A model generated the notes under the pieces. The model was given only the letters and a program-made list of their open reading frames with translations. It made no database searches and was not told the DNA's origin. A DNA stretch of 64,000 bases from Bacteroidota bacterium. Lineage in GTDB: Bacteria > Bacteroidota > Ignavibacteria > Kapaibacteriales > UBA2268. Both the position numbers and the translations under genes were made by a program. Within the stretch, counting starts at the first letter, position 1. Each line of letters starts with the position of its first letter. This document shows, piece by piece, positions 29,672 through 39,177 of this stretch. The stretch spans positions 18,466 to 82,465 of the forward strand of contig JBLWYD010000012.1 of NCBI GenBank assembly GCA_048267165.1, given 5' to 3'.

Positions 29672-30106
29672 TTATCTCAACAAACCTTTTTTAATACAAT
29701 TGCTAGAATACCAAACTAGAAAAAACCCTACTGCTACTATCATAACAGGCATTATTAATCCACTTGGGCCATATACTTCTGCTGTATTAGCGATGAAGAT
29801 AACATAAGTCATCTGAGGGATAATACCTATAAGTGAAACTATGAACATAGACCGAGCCCATTTCTTTTTCAGTAGTAAGCCGATGCAGCCGAGTGTACCA
29901 TCGAACACTGCTATCGCAAATGCGAAATATGTCCATGAAGGATAGTTATTGTATAGCTCTTGTTCAGCAACAGACAATGTCTGCATCATTTCTTCTTTCA
30001 TTAAAGTATGGCCTAAAAATGAGCCAATACCCATCAGATTCCATAAAAGAAAGATTATAGCCGCAATCCAAAACCACGTAGGTACTTTTATTGATTGGTT
30101 ATCCAT
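29672..30106 (-). CDS. Conserved 4-TM membrane protein
   Basis: 'P.WFW......LLWN.MG..SF', 'Y..YP.W...AFAIAVF.G.LG.I.LL.KKKWA'. Confidence 0.8.
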   Translation of the reverse strand: MDNQSIKVPTWFWIAAIIFLLWNLMGIGSFLGHTLMKEEMMQTLSVAEQELYNNYPSWTYFAFAIAVFDGTLGCIGLLLKKKWARSMFIVSLIGIIPQMTYVIFIANTAEVYGPSGLIMPVMIVAVGFFLVWYSSNCIKKGLLR

Positions 30107-30278
30107 ATCCTACACTCCAAATATTGATAATTTGTAATTAATAGTTCACCTAATATAATATATTGTTTGGACTTACAGTGTAATGTTTATTGCTTTTTAG
30201 ACACTTATTAGAATTTATCTATGATTTAGATATATCCAAATCTTATCTGTATTTTATCTGAATAATTTTAATTTTGTA

Positions 30279-31244
30279 TTAAATTCCTAAATTACCAATT
30301 CTTAATCTACCTCTAATTATTCCTTTCTTGACTAGAGTAATAAGAATATGCAGGACGATAGAAAAACAAAGGAATAATAATTCAATAAGGTGAGATATTA
30401 AAGGATATTCAGTGGATTCCACAAAAATATCATTTGAATAATAATATTTTTGTCTCTTTCTGAGACCATTTTCATCAAATAGAAATTCATATACCCCTGA
30501 GAACTTTGCTTCTTTAAGTACTCCACTTTTAATAGTTACTATATAGAATTCTTTACCGCTATTATTTTCAAAATTAACTATTTGTATATCAAATTGATTT
30601 CCACTTTTCTCAAACTTTTTGTTAGGTTTATCTAGGAACCCACTATTGTATACTGAGCTTTGAATTTCATCTATTTTTTCACTAGGTATTTTGGAAGTGG
30701 CCTCATTATAATGCGAAGTGTAATTACTATTTTCGCCTAATGGAGATTCTTGAAAAGCATAAAAAACTCTCTCATTATGTCTCATTTTGGGTGACTCTTT
30801 CAACAAGATTATGTGTTTAGTTGACAAAGGTTTCTGACACACAAAATTAGAGTCGTCCCAATGCTTTCTTAAAATAACTGCATTTAATAGTCTGTCAGCG
30901 TTTTTCAACTCTTCAAATACAATAGGTCTCTTGAAATAATACCCTACTTCTTGTTTATTGAAAGTAGCACCCCAATAGTTTATCGCTATAAAGAAAATTA
31001 AAAATATCTTACCTATCTCTGAAATTAGTCTCCATTTCAAGAATAATGAAGTAAGAATTGAAAGAAGTATAGGTAGTATATATGCTACTAGATACCAATT
31101 AAAATCATTTGTACAGTCATCATAGATATTACCAATATAAAAATATGTAATGACAATTTGAAGTATTACAAATCTAAATATTGGAAAGAGAACAAGACTG
31201 CTAAAGAATAAATCCCAGTTAATTTTCTTGTTTATATTTTTCAT
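30279..31244 (-). CDS. Hypothetical membrane protein (AT-rich)
   Basis: Three N-terminal TMs, soluble domain, C-terminal TM; second ATG chosen, track start is 31289. Confidence 0.6.
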   Translation of the reverse strand: MKNINKKINWDLFFSSLVLFPIFRFVILQIVITYFYIGNIYDDCTNDFNWYLVAYILPILLSILTSLFLKWRLISEIGKIFLIFFIAINYWGATFNKQEVGYYFKRPIVFEELKNADRLLNAVILRKHWDDSNFVCQKPLSTKHIILLKESPKMRHNERVFYAFQESPLGENSNYTSHYNEATSKIPSEKIDEIQSSVYNSGFLDKPNKKFEKSGNQFDIQIVNFENNSGKEFYIVTIKSGVLKEAKFSGVYEFLFDENGLRKRQKYYYSNDIFVESTEYPLISHLIELLFLCFSIVLHILITLVKKGIIRGRLRIGNLGI

Positions 31245-31375
31245 TTTTAAAGTTATAAGTTGAGTTGGTAACTTAACTAAATCACGCATATAAATAATAA
31301 TAGTTTCATCAATTATTTAACTAAACAATACCTTCCTATTACTTAGTTACAATCTATTTGTGGATTGGAGTAAAT

Positions 31376-31878
31376 GTGACTAAAGTCACTTCATTGGGAA
31401 GTAAATAATATCCGTTGGCTAAAGCCAACGGCAATAGTTCTTTTCTCCTAGACTCTTCACTACATTTCATTCCGTTCAGAGTGACATAGTTTATCACACT
31501 CTGTTGTCTTCGTATTTAAAAGTAAGTGAATCCTGATTCAGACAAATGAATAAATCCCCCAACCCCCTTAACATTTAAGGTGGCTCCGAGTGGAATAATA
31601 CAAATCAGATCATCCCAAGCTATTAAAATATTAGGGACTCGCACCACATACTTTCCCTAGACTCTTCGCACCACTTCGCAGGCTCAGTGTTGCTCTGAGT
31701 GACGGTAAAGTTCATGAAAGCCCTTAAATCCTGTTTCTGACGATTATGAGACAGCCGCGTCCTTGCAGTCCTCGCTGTGACATCGCAATTACAAGAGCCT
31801 TGATTCTATCACCTCGCATTTTCCAATAATCTAATAATCTGTGAAATCCTTTAATCAGAATAATCCGCGATTCTGAAA
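31376..31878. repeat. Dense REP-like hairpin field
   Basis: gtgactaaagtcac, ccgttggctaaagccaacgg, two 'cctagactcttc...gagtgac' copies (31447, 31656), aatcctgattcagacaa and aatctgtgaaatcctttaatcagaataatccgcgattctga. Confidence 0.7.
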
Positions 31879-32040
31879 ATCTATAAAATCAACTCCCAAT
31901 TTACTCGTCATTTGTTCTAATTATTGTTCTTACAATAAATTATTTTAGTTTTGTAAGTTCTTACCTGATGCAAGTGCGAAATATATGACGTTATACTTGC
32001 CAAAGGTTCATTATTATACATAAAATACATAAGGTTGCAG

Positions 32041-32481
32041 ATGAAAATATCTGAAAATGGCGATACTATCAAAGTACATTATACAGGAAAATTAAAGAGT
32101 GGCGATATCTTCGATTCATCAGAAGGAAGAGAGCCATTGGAATTTCAATTAGGTTCGGGAATGGTAATCGAAGGATTCAATGACGGTCTATTAGGTATGA
32201 AAGAAGGCGAATCGAAGTCAATAGAAATACCTGTTGATAAAGCTTATGGCCCTAAAAATCCTGACTACATAGTTGAAATAGCTAAAGACAAACTAGACAA
32301 TAGTGATGAGTTCCAAGTTGGTATGCAAGTTTCTTTCTCTAACCAAGAGCAAGGCGGACAACCAATACCAGTTGAAGTTGTGGCTGTTGCTGATGACACT
32401 GTTACTTTCGATGCTAATCCACCACTTGCTGGTGAAGATTTGGTATTCGAAGTAGAAATGATTGGCATATTAAAGGCATAA
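32041..32481 (+). CDS. FKBP-type peptidyl-prolyl isomerase (SlyD/SlpA-like, no His-rich tail)
   Basis: VHYTGKL..G..FDSS.GREPLEF.LG.G.VI.GF, AYGP, DAN.PLAG.DL.FEVE. Confidence 0.92.
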   Translation: MKISENGDTIKVHYTGKLKSGDIFDSSEGREPLEFQLGSGMVIEGFNDGLLGMKEGESKSIEIPVDKAYGPKNPDYIVEIAKDKLDNSDEFQVGMQVSFSNQEQGGQPIPVEVVAVADDTVTFDANPPLAGEDLVFEVEMIGILKA

Positions 32482-32486
32482 TACAA

Positions 32487-33059
32487 ATGAAAAAAATAGT
32501 CTTATTAATAGCTATTTTCACTCTAATGATGGCTTGTCAAGAAAAGAAGAGTTTTGATGATCTCCAAACTTATTCTAAGGAAGGCAAGCCACATTTTATA
32601 GTGATGAACGCGGCTGGTTCGGTAGAGAAATTCCAATACGATAATGAGTCCAATGGATTCAAAGTGAAAACTACTGACGGCATCAACGAAAGCATTAGCT
32701 TTTTGCCATTCCCTGCTAACTTCGGGTTCTACCCCTCTACTCACTCTGACGGCGAAGACAAGGGCGAATTGCTCTATGGGTTTCTTATAGCATCGGAACT
32801 GTCTATGCAAACGATGATAGACGTAAAGCCGCTAGGTGCTGTATCTGTTATGAAAGATGGTAAGGAAGTCCAGTTTGTAGTGTCTATTCCCGATGAAAAA
32901 TTACTCCGTATAGATATGGAAGACACGAATGAGCTACACGAAGATATGGAATCTATATTAGGATTGTGGTTGACTAATGCATTCGGAGTGGATAGTATTA
33001 TCAGTTGGCACGACGCTACCTATGCAAACGAGCTAATCAAAACTCGGTCTAACCGCTAA
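32487..33059 (+). CDS. Inorganic-pyrophosphatase-like lipoprotein with degenerate active site
   Basis: Lipobox MMAC; 'FLPFPANFGFYPST' and 'V.PLG' match family I PPase; DGDPxD motif absent. Confidence 0.7.
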   Translation: MKKIVLLIAIFTLMMACQEKKSFDDLQTYSKEGKPHFIVMNAAGSVEKFQYDNESNGFKVKTTDGINESISFLPFPANFGFYPSTHSDGEDKGELLYGFLIASELSMQTMIDVKPLGAVSVMKDGKEVQFVVSIPDEKLLRIDMEDTNELHEDMESILGLWLTNAFGVDSIISWHDATYANELIKTRSNR

Positions 33060-33493
33060 TGACTAAAATCGAAATAAAGTACTTATTCAAGTATTTGGCT
33101 ATGATGATAGTACCTGCAAGTATTATATTCTACTTGGTCGAGATACTATTCAACTATCTTTTCAATGAGTCGAACTCTTCTAGTATGCGTGAGCTAATAA
33201 CGAAGACTACGACTCTGATTATCATAATCAGTATGGTTAGACTGTTCCGTAAGGAAAATGATAAGTACTATAGCGAAGAGCATCTGGTATCGGGTATATA
33301 CCTGACATTCAACTCTGTCGTGTTTATGCTTCTGATTTTCTGTACTTATTATGGAATAGATATAGCTTTCAATCTGATAGAAGGAAAGCCATTGCTAATG
33401 TTCGACAACCTAGGAAGTCTAGGGTTGAATTTTGTACTTGTTTCTGTATTCACAATTATCAATTTGACTAAGAATATAAAGCTTCTCAAATAG
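33059..33493 (+). CDS. Hypothetical 4-TM membrane protein
   Basis: Hydrophobic segments; TAATG coupling. Confidence 0.6.
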   Translation: MTKIEIKYLFKYLAMMIVPASIIFYLVEILFNYLFNESNSSSMRELITKTTTLIIIISMVRLFRKENDKYYSEEHLVSGIYLTFNSVVFMLLIFCTYYGIDIAFNLIEGKPLLMFDNLGSLGLNFVLVSVFTIINLTKNIKLLK

Positions 33494-33494
33494 C

Positions 33495-34433
33495 TTATTC
33501 GCTACTCATATACCAGCTTATCAAATCAATGAATTGCTCTCTTTGGTCTATGAAAACACTGTGTGAGGCATTCTCGACAATAGATAAATTATCTTCACCC
33601 ATTAGACCTCGGAATTTGCTAAATTGAGCTTCGTCAAATAAGCCATCTTCGGCACCGTATATACCGTATATTTTCCCTTTCTTTGCTAACTTTTCTATCA
33701 TCGAAGTCATATCCATTAGCGTATATTTCTCATTAGTAAAGAAACCCGAAACTGGTTCACGAGTCATATCAGACATTAACTTAGCTTCTGGCATTTTTGA
33801 TAATTCTTGATATAGTTTTTGTGATTCTGGGCTCTGATTTTTAGGTGAGTACAAGCCACATTGCATAGCATTCATAAAGCAATAAGAACTGTATTCTAGC
33901 GAGGTTGTATCCATTTTTTCGAGCATTAGTATATACTGCAAGTTCGGAGATTTCTCCGCAATATATTTTTCTTTGCATCTTTTGATAATCACTTTGAATG
34001 ACTCTTGATAGGAAAGTGGAGAGTCAACCATTATAAATTTCTCAACTTTGTTGGGATATTTCATTGCATATTGCAAGCCAAGCGTTCCACCCCAACTATG
34101 TCCCATAATACTAGTTTTCTTTACGCCGTGCTTTGTCAATACATTATTTATATCATCGAAAGCTTCTTCTAGAGTGTATTTAGAGTCGGTTATTTCTTTG
34201 CTTCTGCCACCGCCACGTTGGTCATATACTATAACGTAGAATCCCTTGTCAGCCAATACCTGAGCAGTGGATAGCTCAAAAGAAACTGAGTTGTAACCTG
34301 GCCCACCATGCATAAATAGCAATGCTGGATTAGTTTTTTCTCCGTAAGCTTTTGAGTATATTTCTTGTGCATTAGCTACAGTAGAGAAAAGAGTAAATAT
34401 AACTGCTGCGATTATTAGAATAGATTTTTTCAT
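33495..34433 (-). CDS. Exported alpha/beta hydrolase (proline iminopeptidase-like, S33)
   Basis: Signal peptide, HGGPG, YDQRG.GRS, GHSWGG, G.EDG, ASHS.F. Confidence 0.88.
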   Translation of the reverse strand: MKKSILIIAAVIFTLFSTVANAQEIYSKAYGEKTNPALLFMHGGPGYNSVSFELSTAQVLADKGFYVIVYDQRGGGRSKEITDSKYTLEEAFDDINNVLTKHGVKKTSIMGHSWGGTLGLQYAMKYPNKVEKFIMVDSPLSYQESFKVIIKRCKEKYIAEKSPNLQYILMLEKMDTTSLEYSSYCFMNAMQCGLYSPKNQSPESQKLYQELSKMPEAKLMSDMTREPVSGFFTNEKYTLMDMTSMIEKLAKKGKIYGIYGAEDGLFDEAQFSKFRGLMGEDNLSIVENASHSVFIDQREQFIDLISWYMSSE

Positions 34434-34489
34434 TTGTTGTCTGTTTTTTGGTAAAGTTTAAGTCTCAATATAAAAAAATTAATAGAAAA

Positions 34490-35044
34490 TCATTTTAGAG
34501 ATTCGAAATCGTTTCTACTTAATACGTATTTTTTTACGTTTTGATAGAATGACCATTCTCCCGGAATAGTTGGGTATTCATCTACGAAGCTAAAGCCGAG
34601 CTTGATACATAACTTCTCTGGTGCAGGATTGAGTGCATAGAACACTCCATATATTTTTTTTAGCTTATAATTCTCGAAGAATATGGGCAGCGATAACCTC
34701 ATCAGACTCTCCCCCATTCCACGACTAATGTTGCCCTTGTGCCATATATGCGAATGTATATTAGCATATTCGCCAACTACTATTGGGGTGATATTGCAAT
34801 GCCCGATGGCTATGCCGTCCACCTCCCAAATAAGTATGTATGTGTTTCTTTCGTTGGGTGGTAGTGATATTTGCTGTTCAATAAAATCTATAATTTCATT
34901 TGTGTGCGGTATTTTGTCTAGGTCAATCCCCAATTTAAAAGCATCATCAAAGCTGAGATTTGACCAATACGCAGCTATGCTATCGGCATCACTACTTGTC
35001 GCTTCCCTAACCGTATATTGAATTACTTTTTTTAAGTCTGACAT
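34490..35044 (-). CDS. GNAT acetyltransferase (RimJ/RimL-like)
   Basis: IGHCNI, H.W......GMG, YALNPAP.KL..KLGF, Y.T.PG. Confidence 0.8.
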   Translation of the reverse strand: MSDLKKVIQYTVREATSSDADSIAAYWSNLSFDDAFKLGIDLDKIPHTNEIIDFIEQQISLPPNERNTYILIWEVDGIAIGHCNITPIVVGEYANIHSHIWHKGNISRGMGESLMRLSLPIFFENYKLKKIYGVFYALNPAPEKLCIKLGFSFVDEYPTIPGEWSFYQNVKKYVLSRNDFESLK

Positions 35045-35086
35045 TAATTATGTAATTTTAAATCTATTAATCTTAGAAATCAAGAT

Positions 35087-35647
35087 ATGAAATATATATT
35101 ATTCGGCATAATTCTATTATTCACTTTCGGCTGTGATGATTACCCAAGCTCTGGGCCAGTCAATCCTACGTTTAACCCACCAGTTGTTAATGAAATGTTG
35201 ATAACGTTGGAGAATGCTCAAGCCGCAGGAATATTGAAGTTTGGTCCTGTTTTGGTTCCGATAATTGAAGACGAACCTCATAATACAATGTTTGTGTACC
35301 CTTCAATAGCAACAGATCACATATCGATTGCCTTTTCAACTAAAAAAACTGTAAGTATTGTAATATACTTAGTACGTGCTAATGTAAGCTCTGCTCTTAG
35401 TAATCATTTATTTATGGGGAGCAATATAGGGAAAAGCAATTCAGAATTTACTTATGATCTGAATTTTTTGGCTTTTGCAAGTGAACAGATGAGTTATGTG
35501 ATAGATTTGCGTGGCTTATCCGATGGTGTATATGTTGTTTATATTAGAGATAACTCTAGTGGTCTAATATTAAGCGAAGCTGCTTTCTTCAAAACTGATG
35601 AAGCTAATAGAAAAAGAATCTATAAGAATTTGAATATTGGGAATTAA
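35087..35647 (+). CDS. Lipoprotein with T9SS-CTD-like domain (paralog A)
   Basis: Lipobox TFGC; 'VYPSIATDHI.I.F', 'IDL.GLSDGVY.V.I', 'FFK'. Confidence 0.7.
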   Translation: MKYILFGIILLFTFGCDDYPSSGPVNPTFNPPVVNEMLITLENAQAAGILKFGPVLVPIIEDEPHNTMFVYPSIATDHISIAFSTKKTVSIVIYLVRANVSSALSNHLFMGSNIGKSNSEFTYDLNFLAFASEQMSYVIDLRGLSDGVYVVYIRDNSSGLILSEAAFFKTDEANRKRIYKNLNIGN

Positions 35648-35649
35648 AG

Positions 35650-36249
35650 ATGAAAAAGTCTAATTGCAATCTCATATTTATCGTCTTATTAATCACTTTT
35701 GGGTGCTCTGATAGCTCTGACATAAACTACCCTATTAATCCTAGTTTTGACCCACCAATAGTGAACGAATTACAGATTTACTTAGAAAACGGTGATTCTG
35801 CTGGAACACTTAGCTTTGGCCCTGTGTTAGTGCCACCTATAGATACTATAGTTGTAGTTGATGATTTCGACTTTAGTCAACAAGGTATAATCGCCTACCC
35901 TACTATTACTAGTAATCTTATGAACTTAAAATATACTATACAGGATGATTTCCTTTTGACAATTTTTATATTACGTGCTAATATACCTGATTACTTGGGT
36001 AATCAGCTATATCTCGGGAGTAATATTGGCAATACGAATGATGTTTTTACTATCTACGAATATAAATATGTAGGTATTGGTATCCATACATTATCAATGG
36101 AGCTTAGTGGTTTTAGTGATGGTGTTTACGTGATGTATTTACAAAATAGCACTAAAGGGAAGATAATTGGTGAAGCAGCTTTCTTCAAAACAAACGAAGC
36201 GAATAAACAAAGAATTTATAAGAATTTAAACTTAGGAGTACCTAAATGA
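35650..36249 (+). CDS. Lipoprotein with T9SS-CTD-like domain (paralog B)
   Basis: Lipobox TFGC; aligns end-to-end with paralog A (NP.F.PP.VNE, FGPVLVP, RAN, GSNIG, SDGVYV, EAAFFKT.EAN..RIYKNLN). Confidence 0.7.
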   Translation: MKKSNCNLIFIVLLITFGCSDSSDINYPINPSFDPPIVNELQIYLENGDSAGTLSFGPVLVPPIDTIVVVDDFDFSQQGIIAYPTITSNLMNLKYTIQDDFLLTIFILRANIPDYLGNQLYLGSNIGNTNDVFTIYEYKYVGIGIHTLSMELSGFSDGVYVMYLQNSTKGKIIGEAAFFKTNEANKQRIYKNLNLGVPK

Positions 36250-36737
36250 AAAAAATGATTTTACTTACATTGCTTATACCTTTTCTGCTTATGGCAGAAG
36301 AGAAAGTAGAGAAGCCATCAATGGGTTTCACCGTTGCGGTACAGCAGTCAACTTTCGATTTGCAAATACCGATTTGGCTTTCCGATAGCTTTATATTAGC
36401 ACCCGCTTTTGGTACTAGATACCAGGACAACTTAGGAACAGAAATAGATTTCGGGTTGGGAGCTAAACTATATACTAATGATAAATCGGCAAGACCTTAC
36501 TTAGGTTTAAAAGGTGGGTTTATATATACTACATTAGACGCCGCTACTTCTAGTATGATGGATATAATAGTAGGTCCAAGTTATGGGGTGGAGTATTTTT
36601 TCAATCCTAATATAAGTTTAGGAATAGAAGGGCAGTTGAACTTCATTTTTTTTGATGAAAATTCATTGCGTTTCAGTAATCCTAGTGGGCTGAATATTAA
36701 CACAGCAGCGGTTCTATTTGCTTCTATTTATTTCTAA
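36246..36737 (+). CDS. Small outer-membrane beta-barrel protein (~8 strands)
   Basis: Signal peptide, 'RPY.G..GG', 'G.EYFF..N.S.G.E', terminal 'ASIYF' beta-signal. Confidence 0.8.
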   Translation: MKKMILLTLLIPFLLMAEEKVEKPSMGFTVAVQQSTFDLQIPIWLSDSFILAPAFGTRYQDNLGTEIDFGLGAKLYTNDKSARPYLGLKGGFIYTTLDAATSSMMDIIVGPSYGVEYFFNPNISLGIEGQLNFIFFDENSLRFSNPSGLNINTAAVLFASIYF

Positions 36738-36742
36738 CAACT

Positions 36743-37228
36743 ATGAAAACAATAAAACTTATTTTCTTAATACCTCTTATCGCTTTTGCTATCTCATGCA
36801 GTGATGATAAAGTAGTCGATATTGATACGCCACGCTCACAGTACAGCGGCGTCAGTGAGTATGACTCACTAACAAAGAAAATAAAACAGGTAGATACAGA
36901 TTGGGAACCTGAGTGCTATGAAGTTGTCAGCTTTGGCAAACATCATTTTTGCTTCTATGCTATTTACCCCCTTCCAGCGACTGATACTCTTACACTTTGG
37001 ATTGGTTCTGCTATTAAAGGCAATTATAATATTTGGTTGGCATTAAACGACACGACGGTTTCATTACCTCTTATGAATGAGAGCAAGCAAGTTGGTGATT
37101 TCGTACTTAAGATACCCTTCGATGCGGAGAAACTGGAAAGAAATCTAGTTTATAGATTATTCGTAGAGTCAACCGACTTCGAAACTAAGCAAACTCAAAT
37201 CCACTTCGGTGATGTAATCTGGAAATAG
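36743..37228 (+). CDS. Lipoprotein with divergent CTD-like Ig fold
   Basis: Lipobox AISC; 'D.DW', 'AIYPLPATD.L.L', 'VYRL.V', 'GDV.W'. Confidence 0.6.
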   Translation: MKTIKLIFLIPLIAFAISCSDDKVVDIDTPRSQYSGVSEYDSLTKKIKQVDTDWEPECYEVVSFGKHHFCFYAIYPLPATDTLTLWIGSAIKGNYNIWLALNDTTVSLPLMNESKQVGDFVLKIPFDAEKLERNLVYRLFVESTDFETKQTQIHFGDVIWK

Positions 37229-37294
37229 ATTTAGTTTTAAGATATTTTTGTCTTATTTTTGTAATTCATATTTGAATAAACACAGAAAAAGAAA

Positions 37295-38515
37295 ATGAAA
37301 TACTGGAAAAAACTTAGCCCAAAACAGATTAGAGATAAAGTATTCGAAGCTTTAGACAAAAACGTTGATTATGAAAATGGTCTAAGTATTGGCATACCTG
37401 CCTCTCATCTGGACAGTAAAGTTTTTTTTAGTCATGCCCCTTTCCTCGAAGATGCTCCGTTTATGAACACATTGGTTCAGAATCCGAATCATATCGGGTG
37501 TCATACTCTGGGTGAATCCGAAGAGTTCTTCGTAGGTACTCACGATATAGAGCGAGAAGCAATCAAGATACTAGCAGAAGATTTGCTAGGTGGCGGAGAA
37601 GACGAGCAAGACGGCTATATAGCATCGGGTGGAACGGAAGCCAATATACAAGCCTGCTGGATTTATCGTAATTATTTCAAAGTGGAAAGAAACGCAAAGC
37701 ATAAAGAAATTGCTCTGCTTTGCTCAGAAGATACGCATTACTCTATTCCCAAAGCATCAAACCTGTTGATTATAAGAAAGTATTCCGTACCCGTAATAGA
37801 AAACACAAGAGAAATAACGCCTGAAGCAGTTGCTAGCACTATAGAGCAAGCAATAAAAGATGGCAGAAAATACTTCATAGTAATAGCTAATATGGCTACG
37901 ACTATGTTCGGCTCAGTTGATAATCCACAAATATATATAGACGCTCTAAAGGCTGCAGGTGTAGAGTACAAGCTCCACATAGATGGTGCTTACGGTGGGT
38001 TCATATACCCTGTTACTTCTAATGACAAATCACTATCATTTGCTAATCCGGAAGTCAGCTCTATAACAATTGATGCACATAAAATGCTCCAAGCACCTTA
38101 TGGTACTGGGGTTTTCTTAGCTAAAAAAGGACTAATCGAATATGTATTGACAAAAGAAGCGCAGTACGTATCGGGTATGGATTTGACACTAATTGGCTCA
38201 CGTTCGGGTGCAAATGCAATAGCCGTTTGGATGATACTAATGGCTTACGGGCCTTACGGTTGGTTGGAGAAAATGCAGACACTGATTTACAGAACTGATA
38301 GACTCTGCACAGAGCTTGACAAAAAGCAAATCAAGTACTTCCGTGAGAAGGATATGAATATAGTAACTATATTCTCAGACCAGCTAACAAATGAGATAGC
38401 ACACAAATACGGATTGGTACCAGAAACGCACGATGGTGATAACAAATGGTGGAAGATTGTAATAATGGATCACGTAGATCTGAATATACTAATGCAATTC
38501 GTGAATGAGATATAG
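37295..38515 (+). CDS. Group II PLP-dependent amino-acid decarboxylase (MfnA/PanP/HDC-like)
   Basis: SGGTEANI, HYSI.K, TT.FGSVD, HIDGAYGG, PLP-Lys DAHKML, GSRSG. Confidence 0.88.
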   Translation: MKYWKKLSPKQIRDKVFEALDKNVDYENGLSIGIPASHLDSKVFFSHAPFLEDAPFMNTLVQNPNHIGCHTLGESEEFFVGTHDIEREAIKILAEDLLGGGEDEQDGYIASGGTEANIQACWIYRNYFKVERNAKHKEIALLCSEDTHYSIPKASNLLIIRKYSVPVIENTREITPEAVASTIEQAIKDGRKYFIVIANMATTMFGSVDNPQIYIDALKAAGVEYKLHIDGAYGGFIYPVTSNDKSLSFANPEVSSITIDAHKMLQAPYGTGVFLAKKGLIEYVLTKEAQYVSGMDLTLIGSRSGANAIAVWMILMAYGPYGWLEKMQTLIYRTDRLCTELDKKQIKYFREKDMNIVTIFSDQLTNEIAHKYGLVPETHDGDNKWWKIVIMDHVDLNILMQFVNEI

Positions 38516-38516
38516 G

Positions 38517-39128
38517 TTATTCCTCAGCTTGAATCTCTTCAACTAATTGTGGTGGTAGAAGTATATTAAGGAGCATCAAGTTATCCTTTTCTATATCTAT
38601 GAATTTCCAATCTGTTAGTCCATCATAGGATTTGGCATAGCTATCCTTTATAGAAAGTATATCAAACGAGCTATTAGTAGCGTCATAGCTTACATTTTCT
38701 TTGCCGAAAGTGCTTTCTAAGCCAGATAATGTAAGATTATTTCTTAATTCAATATCTTGCTGAGTAATGGTCGTATCATTACTATCATCAAACTTCATAT
38801 TCATTTTGTGCGAGTATTTTAGCATACAGAAGTAAACACTATCTATATGTCTCACTTCTCCAACATTTAGAATATTGGGTTTATTAAGACTAATATTAAT
38901 TTCTGGATTATTAAATGTCTCTTCCATAGTTGCTATCATCTGCTCTTTGGGAACAAAATCAAAAAGTTCAGGATAAAGATACTCAACCGACTCAGTAAAT
39001 TCTTGGTTTATCAAATGATTGAGATAGGCCAAAAAATCCCTCTCAATATACTTCTGAGGAGTTTGAGAAATTAAATTAGCAGTAGCGAATGCTACTATTA
39101 AGGAAATAAGTAATAATTTCTTTGTCAT
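38517..39128 (-). CDS. Exported hypothetical protein
   Basis: Signal peptide; 'Y.YPELF..VPK.Q', 'WKFI'. Confidence 0.7.
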   Translation of the reverse strand: MTKKLLLISLIVAFATANLISQTPQKYIERDFLAYLNHLINQEFTESVEYLYPELFDFVPKEQMIATMEETFNNPEINISLNKPNILNVGEVRHIDSVYFCMLKYSHKMNMKFDDSNDTTITQQDIELRNNLTLSGLESTFGKENVSYDATNSSFDILSIKDSYAKSYDGLTDWKFIDIEKDNLMLLNILLPPQLVEEIQAEE

Positions 39129-39177
39129 GGTTTCTTCTTTTTAAGTATTTAGGTGCTTACTAAATTAACTATTTCTA

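Larger units (their letters stand above)
29452..31756. mobile_element. Transposase-free cassette bounded by 30-bp inverted repeats (MITE/REPIN-like ends with passenger genes)
   Basis: ggctgtctcataatcgtcagaatcaggatt (29452-29481) vs reverse complement of 31727-31756, 29/30 identical; no target duplication seen. Confidence 0.55.
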
